The notes under the pieces are model-generated. The model worked only from the letters and a program-made list of their open reading frames with translations, was not told where the DNA came from and ran no database searches. A DNA stretch of 64,000 nucleotides from the NCBI GenBank assembly GCA_033442325.1, contig JAWQFM010000018.1:447482-511481 (forward strand). Direction: 5' to 3'. A program made the position numbers and the translations under genes. Source of the stretch: Salpingoeca rosetta (lineage: Eukaryota > Protista > Choanoflagellata). Below, piece by piece: positions 1-15,658 of the stretch (positions are counted from its first letter, which is position 1; each line of letters begins with the position of its first letter).

Positions 1-147
1 AGTGAGGGAGAGTACATGCGTCTGGATTGTGTGTTTGCGTGTGCGAGAGAGAGAGTGTGTGTGTGTATGTGTTTGTGCTTGTTCCAGGGAACAAAATGCA
101 ACGGGTTGTGCACAGAAACAGCAAGTATGATGTGCAGCAACCACAAG

Positions 148-200
<53 letters not shown>

Positions 201-274
201 GCGCACAAGCACACACACACACACACGCACAAGCGCACAAGCACACACAAAGGCACACACATAGACACAAGCAT

Positions 275-450
275 GCACACCCTGACCTTGGATGGAGAAC
301 GAGTCGACGAGCGTGTGTGCGGGAAAGAGGAAATCACCCGACACATCTGGGGGTGATGCACGCCTGTGGGGTTGCGCAGCGAACAAGGGTGCATATCTGC
401 GCAGGCAGTGGCTCGACGAACCACGCAGTGTTAATGTACACAACAAGCCC
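275..450 (-). pseudogene. Duplicated vanin C-terminal exon with a 1-bp insertion (pseudogene fragment or assembly duplicate)
   Basis: Nearly identical to 9405-9580 (AWFxEPLPAQICTLVRCATPQACITP..GDFLFPAHTLVxSFSIQG) and its adjacent intron. It reads ctgggggtgat at ~348 versus ctggggtgat at ~9478, which shifts the frame. Confidence 0.65.
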
Positions 451-657
451 TGCGTTTTGTCGACAGTTGCATATGTGTGAGTGTGTGCGTGTGCGTGTGT
501 GCGTGAGTGCGTGCGTGTGTGTACATGCATGTGAATGTGAGAACTGGTTGTGGAGGGAGCGGGCATGGGGCTGCTATTAGTGGTGAGAGTGCTCGTCAAA
601 TGTGGGCACAATTGAATACAAGAATGCACAAGAATACAGCCACCAGCAGCAGCAGTG

Positions 658-702
<45 letters not shown>

Positions 703-904
703 TTTGTAACTACACAACAACCACAAAAAAACAACAACAACAACATTTACGCCCGTACAATTACGAATTACATTACCGTTATTGTCAACGGAACGGTCCC
801 GGGCTTTAAAACCAGTTTAAAAAAAAACGGCAATCAAACACCTTAAACCACTTAACCAATTTTTACTATAAATTAAACAACAGCGTATGCCAACTACGAA
901 CAAC

Positions 905-1004
905 NNNNNNNNNNNNNNNNNNNNNNNNNNNNNNNNNNNNNNNNNNNNNNNNNNNNNNNNNNNNNNNNNNNNNNNNNNNNNNNNNNNNNNNNNNNNNNNN
1001 NNNN
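905..1004. other. Assembly gap (100 N)
   Basis: Run of N. Confidence 1.
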
Positions 1005-1290
1005 GCGACAACAACTTAAACAACGGCAACAGTTAAACAACAACTTAAACAACAACAACAACTTAAACAACTTAAACAACTTAAACAACTTAAACAACAA
1101 CTGAAGCAGCAACAAACAACAACAACAACAACACCAAGCACTACCACTACCACTACAAGAACAACAACAACAACAACAACTGAGACAACAACAACTGAGA
1201 CAACAACAACTGAGACAACAACAACTTAAACAACAACTTAAACAACAACAACAACAACAACTTAAACAACAACTTAAACAACAACAACGG
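1005..1290. repeat. CAA-based compound satellite with CTTAAA / CTGAGA interruptions
   Basis: Units aacaacttaaac and caacaactgagac. The reverse complement of the same units lies at 19376-19520. Confidence 0.85.
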
Positions 1291-2558
1291 AGACACCGAC
1301 CTCGTACCTTAATTGCACTGTTCTCTGTTGTGTTCGGAAGGATGCAGCCGCCTCCAAACCAAACACGGCCGACACATTGCCCCAACTTCGCCCTCAAGCT
1401 GTCTGCACGCACGCATGCATGGTGTGAAGGGTCGCAGGAGGAGCGTACGGAAGAGAGAGAAGGGAGCGAGATGAAAGGAGGTCAGCGCATGCCACCACAA
1501 TGAGTTCCACTCATGCAGGTGGGAAGCAGACAACATGGCAGTGTCGCCCAGTCGTGTCGACCAAGAGGATGCGCAGCCTCAACGCCAATACGGCCAACGA
1601 CACAGAACCACACCCAGCAGCAACCAGCAACTAGGCCCCAATACCACCACCACCACCACCACCACCACCACCACCACCACCACCACCACCACCACCACCA
1701 CCACCACCACCAATGACATCAACAACATCAAGATTCGCTGTGTTGCACCCTTTGTCCAATCGACAAGTCGCTGTGCAAGCCGTCGAAGGCATCAGCAGAT
1801 ATGCAGCAGGCACAGAAAGAACACACGTCGCATGCAAAATGTATCGCACCCGTGTGTCTCTGTGTCGATGCTGGAAAGCCACGCCTGTCCTGTGTGCGCT
1901 ACAAGCAGTGGCTGTTGATCCTGTCAACGTCGACCAGTGGCGTCCCCTATCAACGAAGATGGCACCACAGCTGTTGATCTTCTCCGCTGCCTACCACGCA
2001 AAGCATTACACATGAAAGCATTATGTTCGCCAAAACAAGACAGTTGTGTGATGGTGGTGCTGGTAGTTGTGTGATGGTGGAGCTGGTGGAGCTGTTGCTG
2101 GTGGTGGTGGTGGTGGTGGTGATGTGCGTCGTCAGCAGGAGCCACTGCAACTGAGCGTGCTGTCGTTGTCGTCGTTGTTGTTTTGGTTGTGTGCGGATAT
2201 TGCTGAGTCAGCAGTTCATGGGTGGCGAAGGACTTGGTTGGGCGCAGTCTTCACTTGCTTGCTTGCTTGCAGACAGTCGAGCAGTCATAGTGTTGGTGGT
2301 GGTGGTCGACGATCACAAGGGTTGATGCAGAGAAGAGAGATGGGCGGCTTGTGTTGCGTATCAGCAGCTGGCTAGCTGGCTTGTTGTGCAGAGATGCAGT
2401 GCAGCTTGAATCAAGTTGGTTTGCTGTGCAAATGCATCTGGGGACAGCACATCCTCCCTCTGGGCTGCGCTGCGCTGTGCGATCTGCAGGTCAACTGGAA
2501 CATTGATAGATAGACAGAGAAAGTGTGTGTATGCATGCTTGTTGGTGTGTGCTTGTGG

Positions 2559-2612
<54 letters not shown>

Positions 2613-3784
2613 TATGTATGCATGGGAGAAGGGGAGTAGGCTGATAGGCTAGTGGCTTAGTGGCGGTGTTGGTTTCGGTGGGAAACACGCTTGCTGTTCA
2701 TATCTACTCTGCGTTGTCGTGTCACTGCTCTTTGTTGTCATCCCACTACTGCTGCTCCTCCTGACATCACACTCACACTCGCACACTGTCGCGATCCACT
2801 CGATGTGACTTCTTGTCACTCATTGTTTGTTGTGTGCGTGGCATGATGCAGACGAGCGGCACGTTTTGGTGGATGGCAAAGACAAGAGGGACTCGCACCT
2901 TGCTCGGTGTGGCAGTGCCGATGCTTGGCTGCGCTGCTGATGCTGCTCAGATGAACTGACAGCGGGCACCGACAGCTCTTGGCCCACGCTAGCAGGACAG
3001 CATGGCTGCTTTCCATCAGCCGCTGCATCGGGCAGCTTCGGCACGGCACCGCTCAGCAACAGTGGTTGGTGAATGGCTCACCTGTGTGCATGTGTGCATG
3101 GTTGGCGTGGTGGTGCTGTTGAATGTGTCACACGCACAACTGCTGCACAAGTGTGCATGCGTGTTTCGAAGCAGAAGAAGACACACACACACGCACGCAC
3201 ACGCACAAGGCTTGGTGCGTGCGTGCGTGCTCTCTCTCCCCCTCTCTGTACTAACTGCGATGCAAACGCGCACCTCCATGCACAGGAGTACAAGTGAAGA
3301 TTGGAGTTATGATGCCAGGCACTGAGTTGCGCATCGCTGAGCCATGGTTCGTTCAGTCTGCTCTGCAACACGCACACAACACACACAACACACAACACAC
3401 ACACAACACACACAACACAACACACACATACACACTACCACACACAGACACACGTCACAATACAAACAACACACAACACACGCCTCATCACAATACAAAC
3501 AACATCCAACAAATGTCTCATCTTGGTATTCTCTCATCTTGGTATTCACCCCCTCCCTCCCAAATGCCAGATGGCCAATTTTTCTGCGTGTTGGAAAATG
3601 GTCATATCCATCATATCCGTTGTTGCCGCGTCGCAAGGCCGTGACGTCACACCACTTTCGCGTGCCATGCGCCAGTGAGCTTTTGAAGATCGGACGTTCG
3701 CACACACGCAAGGAGCAGAAGAGAGGGCAGCGACTGGCCCCGCACAGGCACACAGACGCTTGCGCAAGCCCACACGCGCACACG

Positions 3785-3867
<83 letters not shown>

Positions 3868-4609
3868 TTTCCTTCTACCTCCGGGCACGCACGTGAAGAT
3901 ACAAGCCAGCACCTGCGCATACCACCACAGGCAGCAGCACCAGCATTCACGCATACCACCACAGGCAGCAGCACCAGCATTCACGCATACCACCACGCAT
4001 ACCACCACAAACAACAGCAGCAGCAACAGCAGCAGCAACAGCTGTAGCATCAGCAGCACTACCCCCACCACAGCAGCCGCAGGTGTCATTTTTTGCCCTC
4101 CCTTCGACCGCACCGCTTCCCCAACTGCTCGCTGTCTGCTTCTGTGTTCCCCTCATAACCGCCTTCACTCTCCCCTCTTTCCACTGCACCTGCAGTCACA
4201 CGAGAGAGCAGGAATTGCTCTGGGCGAAAAAAACAAAAAAACGGTGAGATTCGCACAATCTCTTGTATCACTTGCCGTTGGCCTACTGCCAACTTGCGCT
4301 CTCTTATGGACGTGTGCACGTGTGCTGGCTTCCTGCGCGAGTGTGGACACCATTTCCCGCAGCCCTCTGTGTGTGTGTGTGTGTGTGTTTTCTTCTCATC
4401 TCTGCCCTTCTCCCGTCCCTTGTGGGGAAGTGGTAGGTGAACGCACACGCACACGCACACGCGCACGCATACGCACACGCACACGCACACGCACACGCAC
4501 GCGCACGCCTACGCACACACACACGCGCGCGCATGTTGGCTCGCACTGGCCCCATTCCACCCTGCCTGCTGTGTGCATTTCCCCCATGTCTGCTTCCCTC
4601 CTTCTACCT

Positions 4610-4663
<54 letters not shown>

Positions 4664-4752
4664 ACACACACACAGCCATCTTCACCCCGGCAATCCGCTG
4701 CCCTCTTGTCGCTCACTTTGGCTCGGCTGCTGTGGCGTTTGACCCTTCGCAG

Positions 4753-7863
<3,111 letters not shown>

Positions 7864-8665
7864 CGACGATGGCAGCTGTCACGACCGCCACGGTGCGTTG
7901 AATTGGTCAACTTGGTCAACTTGCATTCCGTCCTGTGTGGTGGGATGCTGGGGGTGTGCGTTTGCGTGCGTTTGCGTGCGTTTGCGTGCGTTTGCATGCA
8001 TGCATGCATGCATTGATACATGGGAGCTGTGTGTTTTGTGAGGTGGAGAGCTTAGCTCACGTGTGCTGCCGCTGTGTGCAATTGCTTTCCTTTGCTGCAC
8101 CGCACCGTTTAGCGTCGCCGCGATTGAAAAGACTTGAGAAGATGTGACGTGAGGACGTGGGCTGTCGTGGCAAAAGGAGCCACGCACCAACCCCCCTCCT
8201 GCCCTCTTCAGAGAGCGATGGCTTTGTGTTTTGCGTGTGTGTGTGTGTTCGTGCGTTTGCTTGGTTCTGTCTAGGATACGAGCGAGTTGTTTTGTTTGTG
8301 CGCTTTATCTATGCTTTCTCCACACTCCCTCCCCTTTCCCAACCAACTTCCTTTGTGTGTCATGCAAGGTCAACAACATGTTGTCCTGCGTCTGCGGCCA
8401 ACATTATCACCAACACTGCTCTTGATGGTGGCGGTGCAAAGTGGAGTGCTGTGCGCATGCGCTGGACAGCGCCAGAAAAGATGTGTGATTGTGCTGATTG
8501 TTGTGTCTGTGCCCGAAACAATAAAAATCACCAACATAACACAACATTTTGTCACAACGTCACCATTTAGTCTGTGTATCAGCATGTGTAACATCGTGTC
8601 TCAACGCACGTGTGCGCACGCAGTGGGCATGTGTATGTGCACATAAAGCACATACATGCCCCATC

Positions 8666-8757
<92 letters not shown>

Positions 8758-8884
8758 CAACAGAGGACACGCACACCGAGGGGATTGAGAACATTCTTGC
8801 TTGAAACGAACGCACGCACAAATCGGATGGCATGGTGAAAAAAAAAAAGAAAAAAAAAGAGGACTTATTGCACCACCCTACACC

Positions 8885-9325
8885 TCAGCCTCCTTGTATT
8901 CGCCTTTTTCCTCCTCCTGTGGCTGCTGCTGTTGTGGTTGTGGTGCTGTTCCATGGCCGACCAATGATGGATGCAGCAAGCAGTTTGCGCGGCCACACGC
9001 TGCCGCTGCTGGCGATGCCGTTCACGACAGCATGAAGCGCGGTCTTGGGCAGGAGCTGACCGCCGTCTTCAACCAGGAGCGGAAACTGCTGCTCTCTCGC
9101 ATACGTGAAGTTGCCTGCAGGGAAGCCCGGGTGGTCGTATGCGTGCGCATGCATGTGGTGGCAACGGATGGAGACACAGCCAAGGTGTGAATATTGACGA
9201 GTGGGACAGCAAGGCGTCAAGTGCATGCCAGAAGCAAACGCAAAGTACTGCACGCAGACACACACTGCAAGGGTAGACGCAGACGCGCGCATACTCTACT
9301 GCAGATGTAACCACTCGCACGCACA

Positions 9326-9370
<45 letters not shown>

Positions 9371-11959
9371 GCGCACAAGCACACACACGCACAGACACAA
9401 GCATGCACACCCTGACCTTGGATGGAGAACGAATTGACGAGCGTGTGCGCGGGAAAGAGGAAATCACCCGACACATCTGGGGTGATGCACGCCTGTGGGG
9501 TTGCGCAGCGAACAAGGGTGCATATCTGCGCAGGCAGTGGTTCAAGGAACCACGCCGTGCCCGAGTACACAACAAGTCCATACCGCTCACTGTCACAAGT
9601 ACAATGCACGCGTGTATGCGCGCGTGTGTGGGTACGCATAGAATTGGGTTCATAGATAAGCGATGTGCCTTTGTGCCGACTCACGTGCAAGACACCCGCG
9701 TGAGCGACTGACACGAGTTACACCAGTGCGCGTCATAAACGAATGAGCAAACGCGTCCAAAGCAACACTCAAAGCAACAGTGGCAGGGTTGGGCGCATTG
9801 TTCAGTGTGCATCTCATTATGAGACGACTGACTTTGTTGCTGTCTGGTTGGCCGCGAACGAATACTGCGCAGTGCATTTGAGCCCGTTGAACTCGGCCGT
9901 CAGCGTGCCGCTGATGTGCATCGTGGCAGACACGCGGGTACGTAACGAGTGGGTCATGAGTATGCCAACGAATGCGGTATGCGCGTGTGCGTGTGCATGA
10001 TTGTATGAGCGCGCGTGTGTGCGTGCGTGGGAGGAGAGGGCAGCAGAGGGAACGCGTGTGGACATGTGCACATGAGTACATGTGTACATATGTACATTTG
10101 TGTGTGTGTGTGTGTGTGTGTGTGTGGTTAAAGGGATGATAGATGGTATCGACAACAAGCAGAACGATTGGGGGTTGCATTTTAACAAACAGTGCAATCA
10201 GCACACGCTGTCGTTCAATTCGGTTTGTCTCACCTCTTCCCTGGAACGGCGTCAACAATATCACATGCACATGGATCCACGCCGATCGTGCCACAGTGCT
10301 TGCTGTCACTCGCACTGCCGCTGTTGTCACCGTCGTTGTTGTCACTGTCGTTGTTATTGTTGTTGTTGTTGTTGCTGCTGCTGCTCTGCTTGCTGTTCTT
10401 GTGAAGGCGAGCTGTTGTCACTGACCGTGCTGCCAGCGACGACGACACAGGAGCGCAGGGGTCGGTCGGCACGTCGGCAACCAGCAGCTGCTCATCCTGC
10501 AGGCCGTCCGCGGTGTAGTTGAAGTAGGTGGCGATGGGGTGTCCGCACGCGTAAATGCCGCTGCCGCTTGTGCCGTGCTCGGCGGTGTTGGCGGCCAGGA
10601 ACGTCGTGTTGAACGCGCGGGACCACGCCTGCAGCGGTGATGGGTGAAGGTGTGATGCGGTGTAAGTGGTTGGTGGTTGGTGGTCGGAGTTGGTGGCTGT
10701 TAGTGCAGCAAGAATGCAAGGAGACGGGCTGTTGTTGATCAAGACAGCGTAGCAAATGGACATAAGTGCCCTGCAATGAGGGCATCCTGTTTAAGCTGCA
10801 AATAGCTGCACCCACAAAACGGTTCCCAACAACGCGCACACATTCGCACACACATACACACGCACAGACACATACACACATACAAACACACATGCACACG
10901 CACAGATACATACGCACAAACAAACACACAAACACACACATGTGGACAGGGGGACCCTACCTGCTGGTACTGCGTTGCGGTGAGGATGGGCGGAACGTTT
11001 GTCCAGGAGGTTGGAAACACAAAGTGCTTGATGCCTTGTTTGACGAGCTCAAGGGGCGGGTCAGGGAAGAGGGAGTCGAAGCAGATGAAGATGCCGAAGC
11101 GAACGCCAAAGTCTGTGTCGAAGTAGCGCACCTCCGCCACGTTCGGTGTGTCGAAGACAGGGAATGGCGTGAAGATGTGCTTCTTGTGGTAGCGGGCGAT
11201 GACCGTTCCATAGGAATCAAACACGACGCCTGTGTTGAAGAGGTAGGCCCCGTCCTTGGGGCAATGCGGGTCGCTTGTTGCGTTGCACGCCTTGCGATCG
11301 TTCATTCCAACCACAACATACATGCCGTGCTCAGCCGCCATGCACGACAACGCGCACAAAGCAGGCCTTTCAAGTCATCGCAATTAACACAAGCACACAC
11401 AACAAGGGAGGTGAGGCACAATCAAGGGAGTAGCAACAACAACAGCCGACGATTCGACTCGTCGACCATAAGGTACAGCGGACAGAACGTGATCCCTATG
11501 ACACAACTACCATCCCCACGTAGGCACTTAACACGCATCCTGCATTGTGCACCTCGCCCTCTCCTCGCCGCACCTGGCTGTGCAGTAGTTGGGGTCGTTG
11601 TCCCAGCAGGGGTTGATGCTGTCGCGGCCATCAGGCACATCTTCCGCGAACTCCATGTTGAGGGCGCGACTGATGGCGTTGCCACCGAGGCCGACTTCCG
11701 GAAACACGATGATCCGTGCACCCTGTGCGGCGGCGCGCGCGGTTGCGTTCTTGTAGCTGGCCACATTCTGCATTTTGGACCACTGGGGCCTCTTCGCCTC
11801 CTTGGTTCGATAGTGCTGAAACACTGCGGCACGATAGTGGGGTGGTGCTGCAGCAGCTGCTGCCACCATCACACCCTGCGGCACGTGCACCACTGCCATC
11901 ACCACCAGCAACAGCGCAACCACTGCCGCTGCCACCACCATTTTGTTGCTTGGTGCCAT
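8885..11959 (-). CDS. VNN: Vanin/biotinidase-family pantetheinase (nitrilase superfamily), secreted, multi-exon
   Basis: Signal peptide MAPSNKMVVAAAVVALLL. Nitrilase triad motifs IIVFPE, ARYHKKH and GIFICFD, plus FPTSW and LAAN..GSGIY. Vanin C-terminal QICTLVRC and FPLLV exons. Confidence 0.9.
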
Positions 11960-12167
11960 CTCCGCTGGCTTCTTCTTGGGTTTGTTTGTGTTTGTCTGAT
12001 TTCTGCTGAGTCAGCAGTTTTCCCGCGCACAGGCAGACAGTGGCAACAAGCGCACAAACAGAAGACAGCACACTCCGCATTTACCACACCCCAGCGCTGC
12101 ACCCACGTCGATCGTTTCCTTAATTTGTCTTGAGAATTGTTGAGCTCGCGAGCTGCCGACAGCAGGG
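11960..12167. promoter_or_regulatory. 208-bp divergent (bidirectional) promoter region with palindrome CTGCTGAGTCAGCAG at 12003-12017
   Basis: Head-to-head ATGs at 11959(-) and 12168(+). The palindrome core matches the T-MARE/AP-1 consensus TGCTGA(C/G)TCAGCA. Confidence 0.55.
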
Positions 12168-14071
12168 ATGGCCAGCACCACAAAGACTGGCAGTCGCTAC
12201 AACGGTGATGGGCTTCCAGCTTCCTCGTTGTCGCACGCGGCTGGCCTTTCGAGATCGTCCTCGTTGTTGAGCGGCGGTCATGGTGGCAGCCTCCTGTCTT
12301 CGTCGCTCTCGAACACATCCAACCTGTCCAGCCTGACCCATGCTGGCGGCGCCGCAAGATCGCACACGGGCACAAGCAGCCTGTTGGCCAGGTCATCGAA
12401 GACAGGAGCTGGCGTGAGCACCGTCAACAAGCTGCTGTGTTCTTCGGCGTCATCAGCATCAGGAACAGTATCGTCGCTGTCGCAGCTCTCAGCCCTGCGA
12501 CAGCACAACAAGGACCATCATGCGGGGGCGCAGGATCTGGCACAGGAGCAAGAGGAGGAGGAGCCGCGGCTGTTCACGGGCTTCATCTTCTGTGTGGACG
12601 GCATGGCTCCTGCCCAGCGGCAGAAGGTGAGCAAACTGCTACGGCAGCATGGCGCCACCACATCCGTCACCGTCTCGGAGGAAGTGAACGCGCTTCTTGT
12701 GTGGAACCTCGAGCCAGAGACGTTCAAGATGAAGGCTGCGAAGCGCAAGCACGTCCCGATCCTGCTCAGCTCCTTTGTCTATCGCTGCATCGAAGAAGAC
12801 GCCATCGTTCCCTTTGACAACTTCCTTTGCGGGTCAGTGTGTGTGCGTGTGCGTATGAATGTGTGTGTGTGAATGTATGTGTGAATGTGTGTGAATGTGT
12901 GTGAATGTGTGTGTGAATGTGTGTGTGTGTTTTCATGTGTGTGTTTTCATGTGTGTTTTTGCACTTGTGTGTGTGTGTGAATGTGTGTGTGAACGTGTAC
13001 GACACGCCGTGAGCCTGCTCATCTTTGTACTCTGCTACTCCACCTTTCCACCTCACCCCGCAACCCCCAATCACTTTCTCGGCTGCATGAGCAGAACCAC
13101 CACTGAGCTGACAAGCGGCGTCATATCTGCCTCGAAGGATGTCACGTCCGCCAATCCGCAGGACAGCGAGCGCAGCGCCCTCCATCGCAAGCTCAAGCGC
13201 ACCACGCTCAAGGTACGGTCCACACACGTGCGCGGGAACCACAGCGTACCGCTTGTACCGCTACTGGCGTCATTGCGTGTGTGTCTTTGCCATCTGAGGA
13301 ATGGCCACTTGACGCAAGCGAATCCAATGCGTCTTTGCTGTCTTCTGTCGCGATTGCCTCTCACTCCCGCCACGTACACATCCCACCCCCGATTCTCATC
13401 ACCACCACCAATCATTCACCGTTCACCATTCAACCACGGCAGGATCTGCGTGACATCAGTGTGGCAAGTGAGCCGGCTGGCGTGTATCATGTGATCCAAT
13501 ATGGGCTCTTCCACAACGCCCGCAGTGGCCGCTTTGCATGCGTTGAAATGCATATGCACCGCAACTTTGACCCAGCCGCAGGTGTGTGTGTGTGTGTCTG
13601 TGTCTGTGTGCGTGCGTGCGTGTGTGTGTGAGTGTGTCTGTGTGTCTATGTGTGTGTGTGTGTCTGATCGCTGCCTCAGTACCAGCTCAGTGCCCACTCA
13701 CCACCGCCTTTCTTCCCCTCTCCAACGTGATGCAGAGCACGACATTGCATCTTGTGGTGACGGCCATCAACAGCAACAGAAAGACGAGGACGATCGCGCT
13801 GACACGAGCACCGATGATGACAGCGCCAGCAAATACGTCAAACACGTGCACTTTGTGGTTGACGGAGAAACCCACTGGCCCGCAGGCGAACAACACACCA
13901 CCACCACCAATGTTGACAATGGCGACAACAACCACGACAACGGCAACAACAACGATAACAACGACAATGACGCTGACGGAGACATTGACGATGCGGTCAT
14001 TTCTGAACTGCCGCAGTTGCGCGTGTACGTCAACACGCAGGACATGGACGGCGAGGAAAACGTGAGATACG

Positions 14072-14124
<53 letters not shown>

Positions 14125-15327
14125 TGTGCGTGTGCGTGTGTGTGTGTGTGTGCATGTGTGGAAATCACTTTTCACACACTTCACCACTACGTTTGCTCCT
14201 CCTGCTCCTGCTCCTGCTCCTGCTCCTCCTCATCATCATCATCATCATCACCACCATCATCACTTCCCTGCCCCCTTTCTCTCTCCCTCCCCCCCCCACT
14301 TCCTAAATCGCCATCACTCCCACCAGTCCCACCGCGCCATGCCGTGCCCGTCCTTTGCTGCGCTGGAAATTGTCTTTGCCGCCATCGTCGACCGCTTCGT
14401 CGGCGCCGGATTCGCCCACCTCAGACTCATACAGCCCGCAGGTCGGTATGTGTGTGTGTGTGTGTGTGTGTCTATGTCTGTGTGTGTGAAATTGTTTGAG
14501 AAGCATACCCTTCCTTTAATCAAGTGCACGCTCTCACATGCGTGTGTATGTGCGTGTGCGTGTGTGTGTGTGTGTGTGCAGCCACTGTTGGGTCTGTGCA
14601 TCTGCAGCAGCAGCTCAGCAACACCATCGAAGACGACGCAACCAACGGCGCAACGAGTCGTGACATTCCTCTTGCTGTTCGGCATCTCATCGTGCACGCA
14701 CACGACGACGCAAAGAAGAAGGTGCACGCGTGTGCATGAGTGTGTTCATGTGTTCATGTGTTCATGTGTGTGTGTGTGTGTGTACTTGTTTGTGAGTCGC
14801 TCTGTGTGTATTCACTCATTGTTGTGCGTTCCCTCACTCGCTCATCCATGCGTGCATGCATGCATGCATCCATCCATCCACTGACGTCACTGCAATCAAC
14901 CAACAATGTGGGGGTCGCGCGTGTCGTCAGATTGGCGATACCGTGTCGCTGCCGCTCGGAGCTGTGAGCGCTCCGCAGTTGGACGACGCCGTCGCTTCGC
15001 TCATCAAGATTGCACGCGAGCTCGCACGCCCCACCCCGCGCCGGCAGGTACGCTGCTAGGCGGTGGTGGTGTTGACGTTGAGTGTGGGTGCTTGCATTGC
15101 ATTTGTGGTGTTGGTGTGGCTTCTGCTCCCGCATGCGCGGAGCTGTTAATGAATAGATCACAGCAGCACTCACTCATACACGTACGCACGTGCGACCACC
15201 ACCACATGTGCTGTTCAGACGCTGCGGGCGCTGACGAACGAGTACTACAAGCGGATTCCGCACAACACAAGCGAGCGCTTCGATGTCATTGATTCCATGC
15301 ACAAGATCGCCCGCGAAGAGGTGAAGC

Positions 15328-15361
<34 letters not shown>

Positions 15362-15448
15362 TGTGTGTGTGTGTGCGTGTGTGTGTATGTGTATGTTTCC
15401 AATGTGGAGGTATTCTTTGCCTCAAACCGCAACCTCACCCTCGTTCAC

Positions 15449-15484
<36 letters not shown>

Positions 15485-15568
15485 TACAGGACCTGTGCTC
15501 GCTCCTGCGCAGCGTCACGCTCACGTCCGAGCTGCCGTTCTCCATCTCAGACGGCGACCACGGTGTGA

Positions 15569-15658
<90 letters not shown>

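Noticed and set aside
1300-3300. Possible minus-strand hypothetical gene (exon-like pieces at ~1307-1402, ~2360-2495, ~2898-3052)
   Set aside because: I could not assemble a consistent frame or recognise a domain.
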